Shown piece after piece: positions 8,429 to 15,407 of a stretch of DNA of 20,000 bases. This stretch comes from an uncultured virus (IMG/VR IMGVR_UViG_3300021962_006841). Taxonomy: Duplodnaviria; Heunggongvirae; Uroviricota; Caudoviricetes. The stretch lies in IMG/VR virus record IMGVR_UViG_3300021962_006841; one strand, written 5' to 3'. The translations under genes were made by a program, and so were the position numbers. Within the stretch, counting starts at the first letter, position 1. Every line of letters starts with the position of its first letter. The notes beneath the pieces are model-generated. The model worked only from the letters and a program-made list of their open reading frames with translations, had not been told where the DNA came from and ran no database searches.

Positions 8429-8935
8429 TTACTTGTCTTGTTCGACAAGTAGTTCTGCCTTAGATTCCTCACGCTGAGCTTGAGCCCAACTTGGTTGTTT
8501 ACCAATTTGAATCTTCCTTGGCTTCTGCTCCTCAGGTACTACATTCTCTAATCTGATAGTCAAAATACCATCGGTTAAGTTCACGTCACGTACAACAATA
8601 GTATCGGCAAGAACAAACTCACGAGCGAAACTGCGTCCTGCAATTCCTTTCACAATATACTCACGGTCATCCTTTTCGGGCTTCATGCCAACCACAGACA
8701 GCCTGTTCTTAGAGGCAACGATCTCCAAATTATCTTGACTGAATCCGGCAACAGCCATCTCCAATTCATAATTGAAGTCGTCTTTTTTTACAAGCGAGTA
8801 GGGTGGGAAGTTGTCGTTGGTCTTTGCAACATTAGCAGCATGCTGTAGAATTTCAAATGCTCTGTCAAAGCCAACTGTGTGGTTATGCCACGCGCGATCA
8901 AGATGATCGAATAGACCTAGTGTATGTCTAGTCAT
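8429..8935 (-). CDS. hsp20: Small heat shock protein Hsp20 (IbpA-like)
   Basis: VGFDRAF, NFPPYSL, EMAVAGF, KGIAGRSFAREF, LTDGILTIRLENVVPEEQKPRKIQI; alpha-crystallin domain. Confidence 0.95.
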   Translation of the reverse strand: MTRHTLGLFDHLDRAWHNHTVGFDRAFEILQHAANVAKTNDNFPPYSLVKKDDFNYELEMAVAGFSQDNLEIVASKNRLSVVGMKPEKDDREYIVKGIAGRSFAREFVLADTIVVRDVNLTDGILTIRLENVVPEEQKPRKIQIGKQPSWAQAQREESKAELLVEQDK

Positions 8936-8990
8936 AGTTATCTCCTTATTAAGCGAGTTAATGTTTTAGTAGACCCGATATGGCATCTAC
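8936..8990 (-). promoter_or_regulatory. Structured hsp20 5' leader, ROSE-like RNA thermometer candidate
   Basis: Hairpin GUAGAUGCC-AUAUC-GGGUCUAC, then CUC-G-CUU-aau-AAGGAG pairing the SD against a UCGCU motif with a bulged G. Confidence 0.6.
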
Positions 8991-8995
8991 ATTCT

Positions 8996-9003
8996 TATTT
9001 ATA
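8996..9003 (-). promoter_or_regulatory. T4-type late promoter TATAAATA
   Basis: Exact TATAAATA on the minus strand, overlapping the ligase stop codon and about 60 nt upstream of the hsp20 ATG. Confidence 0.75.
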
Positions 9004-10405
9004 AGAGTTCGCGTAATTTTTTACGTTCAACTTTACCTAAAATATTCTTAGGTATTGAATCTATTTGTATGAACTTACGAGGAACCTTATATCTTGATAT
9101 CTTATTTCTAAGATAGGATATCAACTCAGAACTTTCCACGCTTCCCACTATGAAGGCAACAGGTATCTCTCCCCATCTTTTATCTGGCAGCCCAACAACA
9201 CACGATTCCACAACGCCAGGATATTTGTTTATAACATCTTCAATTTCTTGAGGGTGAATGTTATAGCCTCTTGTAACTATAAGATCATTGGCTCTACCAA
9301 GAATAAAAAGAAAATTATCCTCATCGAGATAGCCAATATCATTTGTTCTGATCCACCCTTCTCCAACTTGGGTAAGTGTAGTGGCAACAATGTTACCAGG
9401 TGTACCGTTACTAACCTCGTTACCCTGATCATCAATAATTTTAATCTTAGAACCTATACAAGCCCTACCTACAGACTTAGGTTTACTACAAAAATCTTTT
9501 GGTGTCAGTAAACTGATTGGGCCATGCTCTGTAGTAGCATACGTATCATACAATGCATCAGACCATAATGCATTCGCCTTAACCTTCAGATCATACGAAA
9601 AGACATCTGTTGAGGATACAATAGATCTTACTTTGTGTTCGTATATTTTGTTAACAAGACTATGGGTAATAGCTGGCACTGTTAGTAGTGCTGTTATTTT
9701 TCTTGTATTGATTAAATTGACGAGATATTCTGATGTATGCTGCTCAGCAATAACAACTTCTGCACCGATGTAAAGAGCAGCAAGAGCACAAGCACTACCG
9801 CCACCTGTTGAGAGAGATGGTAAGGACAAATAAACATCATCCATACTCCAACCCCAACTCAGAGGCATCGATAAAGATGTCATCACTCTTGCTTTGTGAG
9901 TTACAAATATTGGTTTTGATTTACCAGTAGTACCTGATGAGAAGATGATTGTAGCAGGTGTGGACCAATTAAATAGTACATTGCCTGTAAAAAGTTCCTC
10001 CGAAAGATCCATATCTATTGGATCTCCAAAAGACGCCGCTTCAGTAAAACAAACCTGGAAATTATTTTTAAATTTAAAATTTACTGAAGTGACCAAATCC
10101 TTTGTTACCTGTTCAACCTCTTCTGGAGAAGACTTTGGATTGATGGTCACTACACCAACACCAATATCAATTAAAGCGATCAACATCTCAAGATATTCGA
10201 TCGAATTGTCACCCAGTAATGATACTCTATCTCCAACCTTCAAGTTCAGGTTATAGATACAGTAGTGTTGAATTCGTCTTACCTTCGTAACAAGTTCTGA
10301 ATAGGAAACGGAGCGATCCCCACAACGGATAGCCACTTTATGTGGCGTCCGCTGTGAGGATGAAAAGAATCCGTCTGTAGCTTTAAGCGTTGATGTTACA
10401 TCCAT
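8999..10405 (-). CDS. AMP-dependent synthetase/ligase (ANL superfamily, acyl-CoA synthetase-like)
   Basis: A3 IIFSSGTTGKSK, A5 YATTE, A7 RTNDIG, A8 GRANDLIVTRGYNIHPQEIE, VGLPDKRWGE, A10 PKNILGKV. Confidence 0.9.
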   Translation of the reverse strand: MDVTSTLKATDGFFSSSQRTPHKVAIRCGDRSVSYSELVTKVRRIQHYCIYNLNLKVGDRVSLLGDNSIEYLEMLIALIDIGVGVVTINPKSSPEEVEQVTKDLVTSVNFKFKNNFQVCFTEAASFGDPIDMDLSEELFTGNVLFNWSTPATIIFSSGTTGKSKPIFVTHKARVMTSLSMPLSWGWSMDDVYLSLPSLSTGGGSACALAALYIGAEVVIAEQHTSEYLVNLINTRKITALLTVPAITHSLVNKIYEHKVRSIVSSTDVFSYDLKVKANALWSDALYDTYATTEHGPISLLTPKDFCSKPKSVGRACIGSKIKIIDDQGNEVSNGTPGNIVATTLTQVGEGWIRTNDIGYLDEDNFLFILGRANDLIVTRGYNIHPQEIEDVINKYPGVVESCVVGLPDKRWGEIPVAFIVGSVESSELISYLRNKISRYKVPRKFIQIDSIPKNILGKVERKKLRELL

Positions 10406-10722
10406 CAGCTGCCTGTGATTAATTCAAGAATTCCACCGTTCTTCCGAAACCCTTCAATGAAGACATGGTGGGTGTCGCCAGATTGTTTGATACACTTATC
10501 AGCAGCAGCCCAAAGCTGAAGCCAAGTTAACTTACCAGAAGGTAACGACACCTCAACAGGCTCGCCCCAATTGTCCTGGTACGTCATCGTTTTGGCTTCG
10601 TATGGTGATAGTTCATTAGGGTTATTGACACCATCATAAATTGACCACATACTTACAAATCCATTTGCCTCTTTGATCTCATAGAACGACATATGCTTTG
10701 CTTCGTATTCGTAGTGTACCAT
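10405..10722 (-). CDS. Hypothetical protein (GDTHHVFIEGF motif)
   Basis: 105-aa ORF abutting both neighbours (TGATG coupling to the ligase). Confidence 0.75.
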   Translation of the reverse strand: MVHYEYEAKHMSFYEIKEANGFVSMWSIYDGVNNPNELSPYEAKTMTYQDNWGEPVEVSLPSGKLTWLQLWAAADKCIKQSGDTHHVFIEGFRKNGGILELITGS

Positions 10723-10723
10723 A

Positions 10724-10972
10724 TTAACCTACCTTGTTGCCTTCACCAGCGAGAATATAACTATACACAGGCCATGCGGCCATGTCCTTTCGTTTGGCAG
10801 CCTGCACTTCACGGATGAACACATCCTTCTTAGCCCTGCTGCTCACGCCCTTATTGATAAGCTCAACACAGAACGTCTTAACCTCTTCCAACGAGACGTT
10901 GGGACTTGCAACCATCTCACCAAGAAGCTTCTTGAAGTCTTCGCCAATCAAATCGTGTTTCAACTTACTCAT
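10724..10972 (-). CDS. Hypothetical protein
   Basis: 82-aa ORF with GAGGA SD, overlapping the upstream gene by 8 nt. Confidence 0.75.
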   Translation of the reverse strand: MSKLKHDLIGEDFKKLLGEMVASPNVSLEEVKTFCVELINKGVSSRAKKDVFIREVQAAKRKDMAAWPVYSYILAGEGNKVG

Positions 10973-11222
10973 CTACAAATTCCTCACCATAACCAAGTTC
11001 GTATTCAGAAGCATGCTCTTCGGTATAGATATCAGCCCAGTCCTCACCATTTGTCATATCATTGTACAGAGCCTCAAGTTCTTCATCAGTTAGATGTTCA
11101 AGAGGAGTTCGATCAGTGCCATTGAGTAGAAGGTTCTTTATAAACACTTCTGCATCATTGTCAAAAATCAAATCCAACTCGGTCTCGACAATATAGTCGA
11201 GTAACTTTTGTCGAAGTTCCAC
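10965..11222 (-). CDS. Very acidic small hypothetical protein
   Basis: 85 aa, GTG start coupled to the upstream stop, GGAGG SD; 26 D/E versus 4 K/R. Confidence 0.75.
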   Translation of the reverse strand: MELRQKLLDYIVETELDLIFDNDAEVFIKNLLLNGTDRTPLEHLTDEELEALYNDMTNGEDWADIYTEEHASEYELGYGEEFVDE

Positions 11223-11437
11223 TATGCAACCTCCTGGTTGCGTTCAATAAAGTACTTTCGATCACCAACGGTCAAGAGAAGATTCCGTGCTCGCTCAATT
11301 CGCTCAACCAGATCATAGAGGTCTTGCGATGTAAGGTTACTACCTTCGTTCGCCATTATCGAACTTGCTGTGGCGATGATGGAGTTAGCCTCGTCGAGGA
11401 ACTTTTGTGTCTGCATTGGATCAAACTTCTGAAACAT
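11222..11437 (-). CDS. Hypothetical helical protein
   Basis: 71-aa ORF with GAGG SD. Confidence 0.75.
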   Translation of the reverse strand: MFQKFDPMQTQKFLDEANSIIATASSIMANEGSNLTSQDLYDLVERIERARNLLLTVGDRKYFIERNQEVA

Positions 11438-11449
11438 AACTACCTCAAG

Positions 11450-11484
11450 AAAAGAAAAAGGAGGCTAGCACAATGCTAGCCTCC
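11450..11484 (-). terminator. Rho-independent terminator
   Basis: GGAGGCTAGCA-ttg-TGCTAGCCTCC-TTTTTCTTTT on the minus strand. Confidence 0.85.
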
Positions 11485-11491
11485 GTAGCCA

Positions 11492-11944
11492 TTAGGCCTT
11501 CTTGAACACTCGCGAGTAGTAGTAGTACGTGTTAGCGTACGTAATCTTGAGTTCGTCCTGAACAGCCTTCAGCATCTTCTCTTGCGAGAGACCCTGAGCG
11601 GTCATGTCCTTGAACATCTCGAGAGCGCGAGCACGCTTGGCGTTGTTAGCGCCCTTGGCACGCTTGGCCTTAGGAGCAGCTGCGACAGGAGCAGCAGTCT
11701 TAGCCTTAACAGTCTTCGTCACAGCAGCCGGAGTCTTGACAGACGCAGCTTGCTGACTATAGAGGTCCTGACCATCAACCGGATTGTCCGACTGATACTT
11801 AGACATCTTAGCAAGAACAGCTGAGTTGGACAAACCACCAGCGATCAACGTCTCAGCGGCTACAGTAGCGCGCTCGACCTTGTTCAGCGGAAGGTTCGTA
11901 ACAGTCAGTTGACCATCATTACCAGGAATTGAAATAGAAGCCAT
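11492..11944 (-). CDS. Ala/Lys-rich probable early protein, putative nucleic-acid binding
   Basis: 150 aa, own promoter and terminator, GAGGA SD, basic AK linker, helical C-terminal domain ending ITYANTYYYY. Confidence 0.8.
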   Translation of the reverse strand: MASISIPGNDGQLTVTNLPLNKVERATVAAETLIAGGLSNSAVLAKMSKYQSDNPVDGQDLYSQQAASVKTPAAVTKTVKAKTAAPVAAAPKAKRAKGANNAKRARALEMFKDMTAQGLSQEKMLKAVQDELKITYANTYYYYSRVFKKA

Positions 11945-12019
11945 AATATAAAATCCTCAATATATAACAATGTCCGAACTCGCGTTCGGTATCGGCTGGA
12001 CCACCCAACCAATGCGAGC

Positions 12020-12048
12020 AGTATACGCTACCGGTCGTGTAGGGTCAA
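12020..12048 (-). promoter_or_regulatory. Sigma70-like early promoter TTGACC-N17-TATACT
   Basis: Minus strand TTGACC CTACACGACCGGTAGCG TATACT. Confidence 0.8.
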
Positions 12049-12065
12049 CTGCTAATTCCCTTCAA

Positions 12066-12144
12066 AATCAATAAGTTACAAATGTCTTAAAATTCCTAAT
12101 AAAAACGCGGAGTTACAACTCCTGTAGAATCAAGGAGTTACAAC
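12066..12144. repeat. Three AGTTACAA direct repeats, two matching the IHF consensus
   Basis: AATCAATAAGTTACAA (12066), GGAGTTACAAC (12109), AATCAAGGAGTTACAAC (12128); WATCAANNNNTTR matched twice. Confidence 0.65.
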
Positions 12145-12160
12145 ATCCGCGTGGTTTTGC

Positions 12161-12240
12161 CGTAATAAGACACATCTCTTATTACGAATATAACCTGTTC
12201 TTACAGGTTAGTAGCGTGCTTCTAAACGAGATTCGTTTAG
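12161..12240. repeat. Three consecutive perfect inverted repeats
   Basis: CGTAATAAGA-cacatc-TCTTATTACG; TAACCTGT-tctt-ACAGGTTA; CTAAACGA-gat-TCGTTTAG. Confidence 0.8.
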
Positions 12241-12455
12241 TTGCCAGCTTTTGGTGCTTTTGGCTTGCGAGCCTTCTTGACCTTCTCGACTGCCTTATCA
12301 GCTTCGGCCTTCACTTCAGTAGCGACTTCCTTGGCGGCAGCGACAACGTCCTGAGCATCAATCTTGCCATCATCGTTCTTATCTGGATCCTGGAAAAGCT
12401 TCCAAACAATCCAACCGGCAACGGCAACTAATAACAATACAAGTAATGTACCCAT
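12237..12455 (-). CDS. Small membrane-anchored protein with EF-hand-like loop
   Basis: N-terminal TM, DKNDDGKIDAQD loop, K/A-rich tail; AGGAG SD. Confidence 0.8.
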   Translation of the reverse strand: MGTLLVLLLVAVAGWIVWKLFQDPDKNDDGKIDAQDVVAAAKEVATEVKAEADKAVEKVKKARKPKAPKAGN

Positions 12456-12464
12456 TGTCTTCTC

Positions 12465-12725
12465 CTATTTAAATCCGAACATCTCTCTGACAGCTTGCCA
12501 GAAAGTTATCGGTGTATTATCAAACCCTTTTCCATCAATGTCAACACCATCTGGAAGCCATGGTTTGTCCATGTCCTCCCAACCTTTTGGGTCAGCCGAA
12601 GCGGCGGCGAGCGGAGCAGAGGCGGCAACAAGCTCAGCCTGAACCTTCTTTGCTCTCTTCTTTTTTACAATTGCCTTTGCTTTCTTTCTTTTATTCGCCT
12701 TGATCGCTTTGACCACTTTCGTCAC
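12465..12725 (-). CDS. Lys-rich hypothetical protein
   Basis: 86 aa, GTG start (exact start uncertain) overlapping the regA 3' end; basic N-half, acidic/aromatic C-half. Confidence 0.6.
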   Translation of the reverse strand: MTKVVKAIKANKRKKAKAIVKKKRAKKVQAELVAASAPLAAASADPKGWEDMDKPWLPDGVDIDGKGFDNTPITFWQAVREMFGFK

Positions 12726-13122
12726 CTTTCTTAGTTCTTCCGATGTTGTACTTGGTTACCAATTGCCATTCATTCTTTTGCTTGAATGGAATGACCTTAA
12801 TTAGTCTCATTGGAGCAACTGGCTCTTTTGTCTTATCTGCATCTACCAAGCCAACTAAACCCCAGTCGGAAAGTAGGTTAACAATCGTGTTTCTTCTTGC
12901 AACGTCGTCATCTGTTAGAGATGAAGGTCGACCATCAAGGGCAAACAGCTCCTTGAAGTGTACAATGTAGTATTTACCTTTTTTGTGGAGAATGTGGCAA
13001 GATTGATAGAGAGTCTTATTCTTCTCTGATGCAATACCAATTCTAGTTAAGGTCTCTTTGACCTTTAGGAAGTCATCATTCTGCTTTAGAGTGACTTCAA
13101 TAAAACTATCTACTGTAATCAT
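12691..13122 (-). CDS. regA: Translational repressor RegA
   Basis: DDFLKVKETLTRIGIAS, LYQSCHILHKKGKYYIVHFKELFALDG, RRNTIVNLLSDWGL, WQLVTKYNIG. Confidence 0.97.
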   Translation of the reverse strand: MITVDSFIEVTLKQNDDFLKVKETLTRIGIASEKNKTLYQSCHILHKKGKYYIVHFKELFALDGRPSSLTDDDVARRNTIVNLLSDWGLVGLVDADKTKEPVAPMRLIKVIPFKQKNEWQLVTKYNIGRTKKGDESGQSDQGE

Positions 13123-13511
13123 CTGTTCGCCCCACCTACGCTCATTTTTTCTTTTAATTGTCTAAGCTGTTCAGTAGAAAGTAATTGTACAATATCTTTT
13201 GCTTTTCTAATATTACATTTATAGTAATCACAAATTAATTGTATATCTTCATCCACTTCAGCTTTATGCCATTTGGAGAACCTTTTGTTCTTCCTAATAC
13301 TATTTAGAAGAAAATCAAACTGAAGCTTTTTGTCTAACTCGTGATATCGGTTCATTTCATTGCAATACAGCACAGTATCTGCAAAATACGATAAACTACG
13401 GTTAACCAAATATGGATTGTATAATTTCTCGGCTTTTTCCGGGTTTTCCGAGGCAGATACCACATCAATCTTGGTATAGTTGATGGCGTTTACAAAGTCG
13501 AACGGATTCAT
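13119..13511 (-). CDS. gp62: Clamp loader small subunit gp62
   Basis: MNPFDFVNAINYTK, YNPYLVNRSLSYFADTVLYCNEMN, LQFDFLLNSIRKNKRFSKW; between gp44 and regA; ATGA overlap. Confidence 0.93.
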   Translation of the reverse strand: MNPFDFVNAINYTKIDVVSASENPEKAEKLYNPYLVNRSLSYFADTVLYCNEMNRYHELDKKLQFDFLLNSIRKNKRFSKWHKAEVDEDIQLICDYYKCNIRKAKDIVQLLSTEQLRQLKEKMSVGGANR

Positions 13512-14446
13512 GCGTATTCGCACTCTGCCATCAACTGACTGAGACAGGCTACCAGGTTGATTTCCTGATCAGCGACGAATGCAGCCTTGTATTGATAGTC
13601 AGCTAGGATAAGGATAGCTTGTGGAATAGACGTTCCTTTAAGAATCGTAGATAACGAGTCATAGATCTTTCTAAAAAGGACAGATGACTCAATATCGTTA
13701 GACTCAGCTACCCACTTCCTCATATCATTAAACCTTCTATCCTTTAGGATAGTGACAAGCTGGGTAAAGTGCTCGTCAGATAGGTTAACAAGGATACCAG
13801 AATCAATCTCACCCCCAACGCTATATCGCTGGAGTTCGTTGAGCACTCTTCGCCAATCAGGGAAGTGACGAGCGATTAACTCACCAACTACATTCTTGTT
13901 GAATGTAATGTTCTCGGTCTCGAGAATCTTTAGAGTCCTCTTATAAAACTCGCCGGCAAGTAGTGGCTTCTCTTTAGGTGGAATCTTAAACTCAACAATA
14001 GAGCATCTAGAATGTAGTGGCTCAATGATTCTAGACTTAAAGTTACAAGTTAGAATGAATCCACAGTTCTTCGAGAACTCTTCCATAAAGTTTCTCAAAG
14101 CTGGTTGAGTAGACTGAGCATTGAGATAATCAGCCTCATCTAGGATAACCATCTTTCTTCCACCACCAAACGATACAGTACTAGCAAACTGCTGAATCTC
14201 ATTTCGCAGCGTATCAATACCACCATTCATGGAACCGTTAATGATGATATAGTCACATTGAAGCTGCTCGCACATTGCTCTTGCAGCAGTCGTCTTACCA
14301 GTACCTTGTGTACCAGTTAGCAGTAAGTTTGGAATAGTTCCACTATCAATAAAAGCTTGGAACGTCTTCTTAATATCCTTTGGTAAGACACAATCAGATA
14401 TAGTTCGAGGACGGTATTTTTCAACCCACAATACTTCTTCTAACAT
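13508..14446 (-). CDS. gp44: Clamp loader AAA+ subunit gp44
   Basis: LWVEKYRP, GTQGTGKTT, ILDEADYL, LHSRC. Confidence 0.97.
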   Translation of the reverse strand: MLEEVLWVEKYRPRTISDCVLPKDIKKTFQAFIDSGTIPNLLLTGTQGTGKTTAARAMCEQLQCDYIIINGSMNGGIDTLRNEIQQFASTVSFGGGRKMVILDEADYLNAQSTQPALRNFMEEFSKNCGFILTCNFKSRIIEPLHSRCSIVEFKIPPKEKPLLAGEFYKRTLKILETENITFNKNVVGELIARHFPDWRRVLNELQRYSVGGEIDSGILVNLSDEHFTQLVTILKDRRFNDMRKWVAESNDIESSVLFRKIYDSLSTILKGTSIPQAILILADYQYKAAFVADQEINLVACLSQLMAECEYA

Positions 14447-14449
14447 AGA

Positions 14450-15124
14450 TTAAGCCTTCTTTTGCTTAACGTCTGCAGCAATAAAGTACTCAAGATTTAG
14501 TTTATCGTTTCTAAATGAGCTCACACCATTAGATGAAATATTAACTTTATAATCACCAGCAATCAACTTTAGATTTTCAGCAGCAAATGCCATAGCTAGG
14601 TCTGCATTGGCAGTACCGTTGACTGTGAGTGAGAACTTATTAGAAGAAGGGTTCTTAGGGTCAGCCACAACAACATTAACCTTACCTTCACTACTAACAA
14701 CATTGAGCTTATCAAGTTGTAGGATAGCAGTCGCCTTAATAACTTCATTAAGACCCTGAGCTGTAAGATCAAATGTAATCTCAGGATTAGTAACAGCAAT
14801 CTTTTGAATCACACTCTCAGAGGGATGAACAACCATCTCCTGGCTAGCATAGACATACTCAACTGATCTTCCTTCAGAAGAAACAGTTACAGAGTTATCA
14901 TTGAATGTGAAGTCAGGATCTTCAAAGATACTAATCACACCCAAGAACTGTTGCATGTCATAGATAGCAAATGAGACCGGGAACGACTCTGTAACCGTCG
15001 CCTTCGCAAGAATATTTTTATTAGTGCTAATTGTACTGAGTACGTTTCCCGGTTTCACCAACAGATTAGGATTAATCGACGCAAAGTTTTTCAAGACCTG
15101 TAAGGTCTGTGTAGAAATTTTCAT
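14450..15124 (-). CDS. gp45: Sliding clamp gp45
   Basis: MKISTQTLQVLKNFASINPNL, FAIYDMQQFL, ENLKLIAGDYKV, LEYFIA; synteny with gp44. Confidence 0.95.
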   Translation of the reverse strand: MKISTQTLQVLKNFASINPNLLVKPGNVLSTISTNKNILAKATVTESFPVSFAIYDMQQFLGVISIFEDPDFTFNDNSVTVSSEGRSVEYVYASQEMVVHPSESVIQKIAVTNPEITFDLTAQGLNEVIKATAILQLDKLNVVSSEGKVNVVVADPKNPSSNKFSLTVNGTANADLAMAFAAENLKLIAGDYKVNISSNGVSSFRNDKLNLEYFIAADVKQKKA

Positions 15125-15142
15125 AATATAATAGGTCCTTCA

Positions 15143-15391
15143 TTACTTCTCAGTGTTACCAACAATGTTCTCATACATTGTAGTAAATTCTTCAATGGAA
15201 GACAACTCTTGAGCATAGTTATTCTTATGGAATACCTTTGCCATTTTGTTGAGTGTCTTCTTAGGAATTTCATGGATCTTAGATGCAGCGTCAATTGCAT
15301 CCTTAATGAATTCCTTCTCAGCATCAATGCGTGTCATCGAATTTGAAACTTCAACAAGGACGCCTTTCACTTTTTGCTTATCAAATGCCAT
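15143..15391 (-). CDS. Phage dsDNA-binding protein (T4 DsbA-like)
   Basis: EVSNSMTRIDAEKEFIKDAI...IPKKTLNKMAKVFHKNNY...YENI resembles the T4 DsbA family; 82 aa. Confidence 0.7.
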   Translation of the reverse strand: MAFDKQKVKGVLVEVSNSMTRIDAEKEFIKDAIDAASKIHEIPKKTLNKMAKVFHKNNYAQELSSIEEFTTMYENIVGNTEK

Positions 15392-15407
15392 AATATAATT
15401 ACCTCAA

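Noticed and set aside
6246..10405. Bacterial contamination or prophage boundary
   Set aside because: The host-like genes are co-oriented, interleaved with a T4 late promoter and flanked by phage core genes; no integrase or att site was seen.
10405..11437. Acyl carrier protein partner for the ANL ligase
   Set aside because: None of the small ORFs has a recognisable (D/H)SL phosphopantetheine attachment motif.
12066..12240. Possible CRISPR mini-array or tRNA
   Set aside because: The repeats are only 8-17 nt with irregular spacing, the hairpins differ from each other, and no cloverleaf or T-loop is present.
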